A model generated the notes under the pieces. The model did not search any database and was not told the DNA's origin. It saw nothing but the letters and a program-made list of their open reading frames with translations. From the sequence record NZ_CP016173.1: a stretch of 64,000 bases of DNA; one strand, written 5' to 3'. Positions 25,620-34,669 of this stretch are shown here, one piece after another. Positions within the stretch are counted from its first letter, which is position 1. Each line of letters starts with the position of its first letter. The DNA is from a plasmid. The translations under genes and the position numbers were made by a program.

Positions 25620-26750
25620 TCAGGGCAGGGCGCCAAGGTTGGCTTGCAGGTCGGCCAATTTCTGGGCATCTTCCTGGCGCTTGCGGTCAATCGTCTTGGC
25701 GTAGATCCGTGTCGTGCGCGGGTCGGCATGCCCTAGCTCGTCTTGGGTCGTTTCAAGCGAGGCTCCCGCTGCCAGGCGGTGGGTGGCATTGGTATGTCGC
25801 ATCCAATGCGTGGTCATTCGCATGACTTGGCTGCGGATGTGCTCATCCGGACAGTCGCCTGCGGCCGATTTTGCCAATTCGTGCACGATCAAGCCGATGG
25901 AGCGAGGCGTCAAGGCCCGCGAACGGGCTCCCACGTTGATTGTCGCCACGAGTGGGATGTTCTCGCCAGGCAGCGGGAAATCTGCCAGGCCCCAGCTTTT
26001 TCGGTAGCGCATGAGCTCCTGCAGCAAGCTGGAATTCACGGCCACCATGCGCTCTTTTTGCCCTTTGCCAATGACGCGCAACAGCCAGCCGCTGTCCGTC
26101 CGTAAGAAATCTCCCATCACGCCGTTGGCCGCTTCTTCACGGCGCAGTCCGGCATGGTAGAGCAGGGCGAATAGCCATCTGGCGCGAGCGGCGACCGCGC
26201 GGTCGCGTGTGCTGCGCTCCGGCCGGTTGCACACCCAATCCCAAAGCCAAAACCAGCTATCGAGGTGCAGAGCTCGTTGCTGCCGCTCCGAACTGATAAC
26301 AGCAGGCTTCATCGACAGCTTGAACACGTTGAATTGCAGATAGCCCGCGTCCTGCAGGTATGAGCACATGCCGCCTAGAATCGTCCTGGTCTGGGCTATC
26401 GAGGCTGATGATAGCGGCGCCGCGAGCACCTGCGTTGGTGCTAGGACAACACCGCGCGGCGGCTTTCGAGGCCGGAGCCAATGAGCTGGAGGATTGGCCA
26501 GGTGGGCGTAGAACAGATGGGCGTGGTCCACCTTCATTTCCTTAAGCGACAGGCCGTTCTCGCCTAGCCACAGCAGTAGCCTGATGGCTTCACGGCGGTA
26601 CGCGTCAAAGGTGTTCGCGGTGCGACTGCCCTTGGCCCTGATCCAGACCGCAGCCGCCTGGGCATCTGTTTGGACGCCCAGGGCATCGCCAACCGCCTGA
26701 TCGGCACCAGGCGCAAGCAAGCGTCCGGGATCCAGTTCGGCCAAATTCAT
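25620..26750 (-). CDS. Tyrosine integrase / site-specific recombinase (XerC/XerD-like, int2)
   Basis: 376 aa. LRREE (box I Arg); HWMRHTNATHRLAAGASLETTQDELGHADPRTTRIYA (box II H..R..H, GH, catalytic Y). Confidence 0.8.
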   Translation of the reverse strand: MNLAELDPGRLLAPGADQAVGDALGVQTDAQAAAVWIRAKGSRTANTFDAYRREAIRLLLWLGENGLSLKEMKVDHAHLFYAHLANPPAHWLRPRKPPRGVVLAPTQVLAAPLSSASIAQTRTILGGMCSYLQDAGYLQFNVFKLSMKPAVISSERQQRALHLDSWFWLWDWVCNRPERSTRDRAVAARARWLFALLYHAGLRREEAANGVMGDFLRTDSGWLLRVIGKGQKERMVAVNSSLLQELMRYRKSWGLADFPLPGENIPLVATINVGARSRALTPRSIGLIVHELAKSAAGDCPDEHIRSQVMRMTTHWMRHTNATHRLAAGASLETTQDELGHADPRTTRIYAKTIDRKRQEDAQKLADLQANLGALP

Positions 26751-26953
26751 TGCGTGAGAGTCCAGGTACCATCGGACGAGAGCCGCACGACGGTGGGGGT
26801 GTCAACGCCCTCGATAGTGACTCGAAACCATTCAGCACGACCCGGGACCGTGGGGTCAAGCGCCCAGCTTTGTCCGCGCCCATCCGCTGCCACTGCATGT
26901 TTTGCCAAGGCCGCTGCGGCTTCCTCTCCAGTCAGCGTTTTTTTCTTCATGCT
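26747..26953 (-). CDS. Small hypothetical protein immediately upstream of int2
   Basis: ORF 26747-27001; the probable start is MSMKKK. Its stop overlaps the int2 start (ATGA). Position is compatible with an excisionase or accessory role, but no HTH was recognised. Confidence 0.3.
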   Translation of the reverse strand, partial: SMKKKTLTGEEAAAALAKHAVAADGRGQSWALDPTVPGRAEWFRVTIEGVDTPTVVRLSSDGTWTLTQ

Positions 26954-26979
26954 CATCTCCAACAGACCGACATTGCCGC

Positions 26980-27843
26980 TCATGCGGCCTCGGGTTCCCA
27001 TGCTTCGAGCTTCTTTTCTAGAAAAGGGATCTCTCTTTTAAGCCCCGCAATTTCGCCTTCCAATTGAGCCACGTGACGGCGGAACGCCTGGGGCCAGAGC
27101 GGATCATCACGAGTGACCCTTTCGAGAGGTCCGTTGTACATGCGTTTCACGAGCAAAAATTCGGGATGCGTCCCTCGGCTGTCATAGGCACGGGTGGCGG
27201 TCGCAAGTTGCGCGTGCAGGGTCGAGATCAGCCATTCCAGTCCTTCGCTGGAGACCTCAAGTGGCTTGAATTGGATGCCAGGGCAGCTGGCCGTCTGCCA
27301 ACCGGAGCCAGGCCGCTCGTAGCCGTGATGAGCCATGGTTCCTCGCTGCACGGCAATACGGCGGAAGCATACCGGGCAGGTTTTGACGACCTTGTTGGGG
27401 TTCACCGGCTTGGACGGTGCCAGGCTCGGGGCTCGCCCTTTGACCACCTTATTTTTAAGGGACGCAACAGCCTCTGAAAGGGGCAACACCTCGGCGCAGA
27501 AGGTTCGCATCGCGTCCACGGCTGGCCCTGACGCTTTCGACCTGCTGACCTTCTTGCTCGTAGAGATGATGTCGTGCAGCCCCATAACCATGATGCTGTT
27601 GTAGAGCAGCCGCACGTCTTCCGGGTGGGATTCCCATTTTCCATAAAAAAAGGGCTCGCTCACGTGCAGCTTCCACGCCTTGTCGACAATCCGCGAGAGG
27701 GTTTCCTTGGCGTCGCGCCATACGACATTCCGAATGGAGCCTGCCTCCACCCCAGCTAGTACCTGTTCCACAGCCATATCGAACCGACTGGGATCCGCCA
27801 AGGAGTCGCGAAGGATGGGGAACTGCCGTGGAGTCATGAGCAT
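26980..27843 (-). CDS. Hypothetical protein with a Cys cluster (CPVC…C)
   Basis: 287-aa ORF, first gene of the minus-strand unit leading into int2. Confidence 0.4.
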   Translation of the reverse strand: MLMTPRQFPILRDSLADPSRFDMAVEQVLAGVEAGSIRNVVWRDAKETLSRIVDKAWKLHVSEPFFYGKWESHPEDVRLLYNSIMVMGLHDIISTSKKVSRSKASGPAVDAMRTFCAEVLPLSEAVASLKNKVVKGRAPSLAPSKPVNPNKVVKTCPVCFRRIAVQRGTMAHHGYERPGSGWQTASCPGIQFKPLEVSSEGLEWLISTLHAQLATATRAYDSRGTHPEFLLVKRMYNGPLERVTRDDPLWPQAFRRHVAQLEGEIAGLKREIPFLEKKLEAWEPEAA

Positions 27844-28027
27844 GTCCTTTTTCTAGGCTGGAGCGGAGGGGTCGCATCCCGCTGATTTTGTTCCACGGGA
27901 ATCTCGCGAGTCCGCATCTATCGCTTCAACCCATTGAAAACTAAAAAGCTTTTGGGATTTCATCGACATTGAGGCCGTGGAACATTTTCGTTGTCGGCGA
28001 CCTGCCGCCGACCATCACCCCCGATAT

Positions 28028-28051
28028 TTCCCATAATAACAGTTATGGGAA
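28028..28051. promoter_or_regulatory. Perfect inverted repeat TTCCCATAA-N6-TTATGGGAA
   Basis: 9-bp arms with a 6-bp spacer in the divergent intergenic region between the int2 unit and the plus-strand small-gene array. Confidence 0.35.
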
Positions 28052-28101
28052 GAAGAGCGCAAGAGAAGTACCAAAATGAACCATGTACGTTCATATATGT
28101 A

Positions 28102-28153
28102 TTGACATCGGGCCGGAGCGGGCTCACAATGCCAATACGTAAACAATGCGTAA
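28102..28153 (+). promoter_or_regulatory. Sigma70-like promoter (TTGACA-N17-CACAAT) followed by the recurrent 15-mer GTAAACAATGCGTAA
   Basis: TTGACA at 28102-28107 and CACAAT at 28125-28130. The motif at 28139-28153 would lie at or just after the transcription start. The downstream gene starts at 28170. Confidence 0.4.
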
Positions 28154-28169
28154 GCAGAGAGTGATCACG

Positions 28170-28475
28170 ATGAACAAGCCGCTTTATCCGATCGACATCG
28201 ACGCGCTGGCCGAAGACGCCCTGAACGCCGCGTGCCTGCTCATCCAGCAACGCCTGGGGGTTAAAGACGGCGACCTCGCGGGCGTTTTCTTCTCCGACGA
28301 CACCACCCGCAACGAGCTGCGGACCTACATCAAGCAAGAGCTGGAGATCGGTGAGGGCGATGTGGCCAGGCGCCTGCGCGGAGGCAGCGAGGATCACGAT
28401 GCTGACGATGGCGACGAGGCCGAATGCCATCCTGATAACCACGGGCCGCTGTCCAACCTCCCGCACGACGCCTGA
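28170..28475 (+). CDS. Hypothetical acidic protein
   Basis: ATG at 28170 within ORF 28146-28475, 101 aa. First of an array of small plus-strand genes, each with a plausible RBS. Confidence 0.4.
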   Translation: MNKPLYPIDIDALAEDALNAACLLIQQRLGVKDGDLAGVFFSDDTTRNELRTYIKQELEIGEGDVARRLRGGSEDHDADDGDEAECHPDNHGPLSNLPHDA

Positions 28476-28494
28476 GGCAGCACGAACCGGAGCA

Positions 28495-28722
28495 ATGACC
28501 ATGCGCGCCAAAACCAAGAAAGTAAAAGACGCACTCGCTGGCCTGCCGAGGCTTTGGGTTCGCACTTGGCCGAACGGCGTGTGTTTGGTCGGCCAAGAGG
28601 GCGTGCAAAGCGAAGAACGCCGCCAAGCAGCGCTTACCGCCCTGAAGAAAGCAGGAATTGCCGGCCGCGCTATAGGTGAACGCGGAACTAGCGGCGAGTA
28701 CGGTATCGAGATTGATGATTAA
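28495..28722 (+). CDS. Small hypothetical protein
   Basis: Internal ATG of ORF 28351-28722, 75 aa. Confidence 0.3.
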   Translation: MTMRAKTKKVKDALAGLPRLWVRTWPNGVCLVGQEGVQSEERRQAALTALKKAGIAGRAIGERGTSGEYGIEIDD

Positions 28723-28764
28723 CAACGCCGCCCCGGTTCGCCGGGGCAGCACGAAGGAAGGACC

Positions 28765-28995
28765 GTGAACAAAGACCGCCGTGCCAAACTGGCCGACCTG
28801 CAAGGCAAGATCGAAGACCTGAAGAGCGAGCTGGAATCGCTGCGCGACGAAGAGCAGGAGTATTACGACAACATGCCCGAAAACCTCCAACAGGGCGATA
28901 AGGGGCAAGGCGCCGAGAGCGTCGTATCCAGCATGGACGAGGCGATCTCAAGCCTGGATGACGCCATTTCCTCGATTGAATCCGCTTCGGAGTAG
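28765..28995 (+). CDS. Small coiled-coil hypothetical protein
   Basis: GTG start with GAAGGAAGG RBS. 76 aa with a serine-rich C-terminus. Confidence 0.4.
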   Translation: MNKDRRAKLADLQGKIEDLKSELESLRDEEQEYYDNMPENLQQGDKGQGAESVVSSMDEAISSLDDAISSIESASE

Positions 28996-29000
28996 TCGCG

Positions 29001-29366
29001 ATGTCCAAGACCAGCTTCAACACGCGTCACTTTCGCTGGGCCATATGCGAATGCTGTAGCGGCCACGGTAAGGTTGAGCATCCTGCCTTCAAAAATGGGT
29101 TCACATCCCAGGAATGGAGCGACATGGCGAACGACTGGGACGCCGAAGGCGAGACGAACGGCCAAGATCGCTACCTCGCCGGAGCGTATGACGTTCCGTG
29201 CGACGCTTGCGAAGGAACCGGCAAGGTGCAGCAGCCGGACTTCCGCGCCATGGGCCGTGATGAGCGGCGCGCCTATGTGAGCTACCTACGCGAACAGCGC
29301 GAGGTCGCCGAAATCGATCGCGTCATAAGCGCAGAATCGGCGGCGGAGCGCCGCCTGGGAGGCTAA
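29001..29366 (+). CDS. Hypothetical zinc-ribbon protein
   Basis: CECCSGHGKV … CDACEGTG (two CxxC pairs). 121 aa, with RBS GGAG. Confidence 0.45.
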   Translation: MSKTSFNTRHFRWAICECCSGHGKVEHPAFKNGFTSQEWSDMANDWDAEGETNGQDRYLAGAYDVPCDACEGTGKVQQPDFRAMGRDERRAYVSYLREQREVAEIDRVISAESAAERRLGG

Positions 29367-29370
29367 AGCT

Positions 29371-29718
29371 ATGGGGTCAAAACTGATCAGCACCGAGGAT
29401 TTGGAGTCGATATCCGAACTCGAAGTGGTTTTTGGCACGACGCGCTTTCTGCCTGCGGCAGAAGAAGTACCCAGCGCGTTTCACAGCAGGGGAAGCGTCT
29501 ACAGCCGCCTCGCCGAGGCGCTGTTCTATGGTGGAGAGCTGCCGAAGGGCGAAGTGCTCTTCCGCAAGGATTTGGCCGAAGATTCTTTGAAGACGGGCGC
29601 ACTGGTTGTCCGCTTTGCGACGGCACATCTGCGATCGTTTGAGCCGAAGCACGAACATAAGATCGCAGGCGTCGCCTACCTCCTATCGCAACTGTGCGAA
29701 ATCAGGGAGTCGATCTGA
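29371..29718 (+). CDS. Hypothetical protein
   Basis: 115 aa with RBS GGGAGG, 4 nt after the previous stop. Confidence 0.45.
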   Translation: MGSKLISTEDLESISELEVVFGTTRFLPAAEEVPSAFHSRGSVYSRLAEALFYGGELPKGEVLFRKDLAEDSLKTGALVVRFATAHLRSFEPKHEHKIAGVAYLLSQLCEIRESI

Positions 29719-29975
29719 TGTGCATCTATCCCTTTGCGGCGCAGCGTGCGGACCACCTGCAGGGCCATGTTGCGAAAGCCGTTGTGCGCTACACGCCCTG
29801 GTGGGGCATCCCGTCCGCCGTGCGAGTGCGGTTCAACCCCTGGTTGTGCGTGTTCCATGATGAACCAGGTGGCCCGAAGCCGTTCGTAGCGTTCGGTGGA
29901 CGCGAAGGCATGGAGGCTGCCGTAGAGCACGTGATCGGACCCGCAATTTCCTCACGCCAGGAAGCCCCCCGATGA
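29718..29975 (+). CDS. Hypothetical protein
   Basis: ATG at 29718 overlapping the upstream stop (TGATG). 85 aa. Its stop overlaps the start of the 1120-aa ORF (ATGA at 29972). Confidence 0.4.
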   Translation: MCIYPFAAQRADHLQGHVAKAVVRYTPWWGIPSAVRVRFNPWLCVFHDEPGGPKPFVAFGGREGMEAAVEHVIGPAISSRQEAPR

Positions 29976-32900
29976 ATGATCTCATCAAGACGAACGAACG
30001 TATCGAGAGCGTCGCCCGGTTTCAGTCTTTGCAAGCGGGCCAGTATTGGCGCGCCCTCGACACGATAGCCCACGAGGGCATTGACAAGGGAACGGTGCTG
30101 CTCATCCAGTCTATCCGCTGGATCGAGGACAAACCACACACTGTCGTCTTGCGGGCGCACCCTACCAAAATCGGCTTGCAGACCACGGTGAAATTCATCG
30201 ACGCCGACGGCGTGGAGCAAGAGCGTTGGCTGCGCTACGACGAGCATCGCTTCCTCCTGAAGGAGTTCCTTGACCGATTCGAGCACGAGCCCGATCACCA
30301 ACGAGTGCGCACTGCGGAAATTCAAGAAGTGCAAGGCCGCATCGGCGCCCTGCAGACTGAGCTGCTGCAAGCGCAGTCCGACCCGACTGTGCTTGCCCGA
30401 GTCGTGCAGGATCAACTCAATGCGCAACCTGCACTATCCAACACAGCCATTGCCGACATGGCAGTCATACCGACTAGCACATCGCACACTGATCCGGAGC
30501 TTGCAGGCGTCGTTACCGGAACCGTGGCCGACGCCATCGGCGCGGGGATCACCCCTGACTCGATCGATGCGCTCAGGCAAGCGGCCGGTCGTGAGCACCA
30601 AATCGCGACGATTAAAGCCCAGTGGATCCAAGGGAAAACTGCCGAGATCGCCGCGACGATCAAGGCCATTACGCCCTTCTATGAAGAGCAAGCTGCCGCC
30701 GCGCTGGCGCAGACCGAAGATGTCCGCACCTACGTCGCCCAGTTGATGGAGGGCATTGAATCCCTCGACCTGTATGTGGGCAAGGGCGTGGAAGTGACCA
30801 CAATCCGCGAGGGCCAAGCGGCGCCGAGAGCGGTGCCCCTGACGTTTGTCCAGAAGAAACTCATGATGGACGAAGAGCTCGCCGTGTGGGCCGACATCGA
30901 TGAGTGGTTCGACTTTTCCAAGGAGTCTTTGTTCTTCGACGCACTGCGAAACCACGATGACCTGGTGCGTCAAATCTTCCCGACTGAGCGTTGTGTCCTC
31001 GTGATGGCAACCACCCGACGCTATATAGACTATGGGGACACCTGGGCCAACAATGTTCGAAACAAGGAGAGCCACAACGTCTTCCTGATGATCCGCAACG
31101 GCATGAACATCCATCGGGTCTTTTCGCCGGTAGAAAGCCACTTGGGAAGCGCTCGATTGTTCCCCTCGCGCGACGATCAGGAACGGATCTTCCGTGGCCT
31201 GGACGGTAGCCAAATCAAGTTCGAGGACGTAGCCTACTCCGATCGGCATGCAGCGCACGAGCGGTTCGCATTGCACTACAAGCGATTCCTACTTTTGGCA
31301 TGTGGGCTGGATCATCGGCTCAAGTTGTTCGGCGACTTCTACGAAGGCCCTCCCAATCTGGATTTTGTTTCGCAACGGTTCCAGGAGCTGTATTGCCGCT
31401 TTCTGCATGACGACGATGGCTCGGGCATGCTGCCGGGTGAAGCGCGCATGCCCCTACAGGAGTGGATCAACGAGAAAAACGCCTTTCTTCGGTCGGGCTC
31501 GCGCGTTCTATGCAATTGGGCAGAAGTGATGAACCCTTCGACGGCCCCGGCCGCGTGCAAGCCCTACGGCAACCACGACCGATTCGAGCGCCGTTACCGC
31601 CCCGCCGAGGGCATGGGCGTCGCCATCGCGTATCGGAGCGCGCAGTCATTATGCGTGGATGTTCAGGTTGCTGGGCATACGGCCAGCTATGACGATCGCA
31701 CATTCAATTGCAAGGTCAACCTGACGAAATTTTCGAACGGCCATTGGGCCTATACGGACCTGCCCTACCTCTGCCTGGACGCCGTACAGCCCGAAGATCT
31801 GCACTGGTACATCCATAACCGCGACACGCGTCAAGACCACCTCTCTTACATTCGATTCTTCAAGCATGCGTTGAAGTTCCTGCAGAACGAACTGGCGCGT
31901 GAGCGAGATACTCGGCAGCGCCTAGCTCAAGCGCTACATGATGGCGCTATCGCGTCGGGCGAGGAAGCTTCCGCGATCGTCCAACAATCCGTCATCGCCT
32001 GGCGCGCGGCGCACCGTGGCAAGCCGCTGCCTCAATTTCACGATGGAGCGTCATCCGGCGCCTGGAAGTCCCTGCTCGACCAGATGTACATGCTTGCGGG
32101 TGAAGGTAAGCGCCAGGCCACGGAAGTCGCTCATTTTGTCGCCATGCTGGGCTACCAGCCACTGCGTCTTACCCTGTCGGGCGCCGCCAAGCTGGTCATA
32201 TACGCGGCCCCCATACAGTCCGAGATGGATGATCGCCTTGAACCTCACCTATGGGTGCATCGAATCTCCGTACAGCGCGGCAAGACCGGGTACACGGAAA
32301 AGTCACGCGGATGGGCAATATTGCCTCAAGCGCTGGCGTCCGAAACGACGATCCACCAGTGGCCGGAGGCCGAAGCCTGGATTGGCAAGACATCCATCTT
32401 CCAGTCTTTCGAGAATAAACAGGCCTTGTTCGCTACCGTAAGGGGTTCCACTGCTCGATTGCGCCCCTTCTCGAAAACCATGGATCCAGCCACGCATGCC
32501 CGCGAACTTTCTTTGTGGGGGGACTTACGTAGGGAACTGCTCGCCGCTGATAAGAAGTACGTACTCAATCCGGATTTCGCCGTGCCATTCGGTCTGGTCT
32601 ACTATCCCCGCAGCAAACAACTCGGCTTTCTGTGTGTTGGTACATGGAAGCCTCACACCGTTTTGCACCGCCTTGCCCCTGACGAGGCTTCGCGCGCACA
32701 CGTGCACGCAAGCTACTTGCGGCCCTATGCCAATAAGGAAGCGGCCTCGGAAAGGCTGACCGACGATGACCCTTATCCGTGGTCCCTCATAGAGGCCGCT
32801 GTTCCGTTCACTGGCGCCCTCCATCAAAACTATGTGCACAGCAAGGTGGGCGCCAGGCTGATGACGGCCAACGGCCGCAGCCCGATCAAGCCGCTGTTGC

Positions 32901-33334
32901 AACAGTGGTTCGTCGGATGGAAGGCTGATGCAGCCAAGGCCGGAGCGCGCTACTGGATTTCGGAAGAAGCGATCTCTGAAAACGGAGAGCTCGTCTTTGA
33001 CGAACTGTTGGGTATGAAACTGCCGGTAGACTACGAGCCCGTCACGGTGAAGGAGATCGAACTCCATGGCAGCGACCCACACACCACTATCAGCCATTGG
33101 TTTGACATCTGTCCCATCGGAACCGAAAGCGAGGCGCTATTGATTGGCGCTCAATACACGGGGTATAGCAGTCGCGAGCACATGGCCCATTCTCTGGCCG
33201 AAGCTCGGACCTTCATACAATCGCAAGCCACAGCCCATGGCGCGATCGCATTCCGCGAGACGAACGTGCCTGACGCGGCGCCGCCACCGCTCGGCATCGA
33301 ACGATGGTTCGTTTCCTCTAACGCCCAAAAATAG
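29972..33334 (+). CDS. Large hypothetical protein (1120 aa), no recognisable catalytic motifs
   Basis: Uninterrupted 3.36-kb ORF with codon usage consistent with its neighbours. Translationally coupled to the upstream small genes. Confidence 0.6.
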   Translation: MNDLIKTNERIESVARFQSLQAGQYWRALDTIAHEGIDKGTVLLIQSIRWIEDKPHTVVLRAHPTKIGLQTTVKFIDADGVEQERWLRYDEHRFLLKEFLDRFEHEPDHQRVRTAEIQEVQGRIGALQTELLQAQSDPTVLARVVQDQLNAQPALSNTAIADMAVIPTSTSHTDPELAGVVTGTVADAIGAGITPDSIDALRQAAGREHQIATIKAQWIQGKTAEIAATIKAITPFYEEQAAAALAQTEDVRTYVAQLMEGIESLDLYVGKGVEVTTIREGQAAPRAVPLTFVQKKLMMDEELAVWADIDEWFDFSKESLFFDALRNHDDLVRQIFPTERCVLVMATTRRYIDYGDTWANNVRNKESHNVFLMIRNGMNIHRVFSPVESHLGSARLFPSRDDQERIFRGLDGSQIKFEDVAYSDRHAAHERFALHYKRFLLLACGLDHRLKLFGDFYEGPPNLDFVSQRFQELYCRFLHDDDGSGMLPGEARMPLQEWINEKNAFLRSGSRVLCNWAEVMNPSTAPAACKPYGNHDRFERRYRPAEGMGVAIAYRSAQSLCVDVQVAGHTASYDDRTFNCKVNLTKFSNGHWAYTDLPYLCLDAVQPEDLHWYIHNRDTRQDHLSYIRFFKHALKFLQNELARERDTRQRLAQALHDGAIASGEEASAIVQQSVIAWRAAHRGKPLPQFHDGASSGAWKSLLDQMYMLAGEGKRQATEVAHFVAMLGYQPLRLTLSGAAKLVIYAAPIQSEMDDRLEPHLWVHRISVQRGKTGYTEKSRGWAILPQALASETTIHQWPEAEAWIGKTSIFQSFENKQALFATVRGSTARLRPFSKTMDPATHARELSLWGDLRRELLAADKKYVLNPDFAVPFGLVYYPRSKQLGFLCVGTWKPHTVLHRLAPDEASRAHVHASYLRPYANKEAASERLTDDDPYPWSLIEAAVPFTGALHQNYVHSKVGARLMTANGRSPIKPLLQQWFVGWKADAAKAGARYWISEEAISENGELVFDELLGMKLPVDYEPVTVKEIELHGSDPHTTISHWFDICPIGTESEALLIGAQYTGYSSREHMAHSLAEARTFIQSQATAHGAIAFRETNVPDAAPPPLGIERWFVSSNAQK

Positions 33335-33369
33335 CACTACACAAGCAAAGTTCCTCATAAAGAAAACCG

Positions 33370-33615
33370 ATGAAAGTCGATCGAAACTTCAACAAGCGTT
33401 CCGCACCGCTAATCGATTGTGGCCCGCTAATCAAACATGGCCGAGGTGATGCCCTAGGCATCTGTGTCACGTTGATCCCCTCGGCTGACCAGGTAGACCG
33501 GGTGGATATCGGTGATCTTCGAATGCACATGACCCCAGCCGATGCCATTCAATTTGGCCTGGATCTGATCGCTGCTGGCCGCGATCGCCTCAAGGCCATT
33601 GGGAAGCTCGAATGA
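33370..33615 (+). CDS. Small hypothetical protein
   Basis: 81 aa. Its stop overlaps the KfrA-like start (ATGA). Confidence 0.35.
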   Translation: MKVDRNFNKRSAPLIDCGPLIKHGRGDALGICVTLIPSADQVDRVDIGDLRMHMTPADAIQFGLDLIAAGRDRLKAIGKLE

Positions 33616-34610
33616 TCGACCTGAATGAAGTTTCCACCTCCCTGGCTGCGACGGCAGGGTGGGACAAGATGAGCGCCTACGAGCGCGCAAAGCTCGCCTG
33701 CGGCGCGCTGACGCGCGCGGGCGCTGCTGTTCCAAGCTGGACGACCATCCGCGACATCATAGGCAAAGGTAGCGCCGGGGACATCAATCGGGCCAAGAAA
33801 GACTTTCGTCTTGAGCACGCGGATACGCTGCGCAAACTGGAAGGGTTCTCTGCCGATGGGGTTCCGCAGTCCCTTACGCCCTATGTCGTCGGCTTATGGC
33901 GTGAAGCCATCTCGCACGCGCAACGCGCGTTTGCCGACAAGGAGCGAGTATGGGAAGAGGAAGTCGAGCAGGCCGTGGCGGGACATCAGCACGCTGAAGC
34001 GGAGCTTGAGCGCGCCCAGGCCGCAGCGCATGCAATGCAGGCAAAAATCGATGGCCTGGAGCAAGCGCGCCTCGCCCTGCAGGAGCAGTTGCAATCGGAA
34101 CAAGCAGCTCGCATTCAGGCCGAGAAAATGATTGACCAGATCCGCGCCGACCTGGTTGGACAGCGCAATCGCCTTGATGCCGCACTGGCGAATGCGCAAA
34201 CTGAGCTGGGGAAAGCCATCACCAGGCTCGAAGCGACTGAGAAACGGTCGATGATGGAAATCGAGCGAGCGCGGCAGGATGCCGCGCAGAAAATCGCAGA
34301 CGCGAATGCTCGCCTGAAGGGTGAGCAGGACAAGTTGCTGTTGGAAACGACGCGCCTCTCCAAGCAGCTCCAGGACGGTCGTGACAACGCCAAGCGCATA
34401 CAAGACCGGAACATCGTGCTTGAACGAGAGAACCGCACGCTTATTGACCGCGCCCAGCGAGCTGAGGCGCGCGCCAATGACCTGCAGGAACAGAACGCAA
34501 AACTACTTGCCAAACTAGGAAAGCCGGAGTTCGGCAGCGGCCGGGGAATCGTGAGAAGGCTCCGTCGCAAGAAAGGACAGCGCGCCCTCCCCGGCACCAA
34601 CCGTAGCTAA
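33612..34610 (+). CDS. KfrA-like DNA-binding protein with a long alpha-helical coiled-coil tail
   Basis: N-terminal …YERAKLACGALTRAGAAVPSWTTIRDIIGKGSAGDINRAKKDFR resembles the KfrA N-terminal DNA-binding domain. The remaining roughly 250 aa are A/E/Q/R-rich heptad-like coiled coil. Confidence 0.55.
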   Translation: MIDLNEVSTSLAATAGWDKMSAYERAKLACGALTRAGAAVPSWTTIRDIIGKGSAGDINRAKKDFRLEHADTLRKLEGFSADGVPQSLTPYVVGLWREAISHAQRAFADKERVWEEEVEQAVAGHQHAEAELERAQAAAHAMQAKIDGLEQARLALQEQLQSEQAARIQAEKMIDQIRADLVGQRNRLDAALANAQTELGKAITRLEATEKRSMMEIERARQDAAQKIADANARLKGEQDKLLLETTRLSKQLQDGRDNAKRIQDRNIVLERENRTLIDRAQRAEARANDLQEQNAKLLAKLGKPEFGSGRGIVRRLRRKKGQRALPGTNRS

Positions 34611-34669
34611 CTTACAGCGCACCCATCGGCGAGCGCCGCGCTGGATGCAGCATGGTGTTTTCCGTCCTG

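Noticed and set aside
27960-28908. Minus-strand ORFs of 201 and 192 aa opposite the small plus-strand gene array
   Set aside because: The plus-strand genes have RBSs, overlapping coupled stops and starts and a promoter upstream. The minus frames lack these and are Arg/Ala-rich in the way typical of antisense high-GC frames.
30434-31276. 280-aa minus-strand ORF
   Set aside because: It lies antisense inside the 1120-aa plus-strand ORF.
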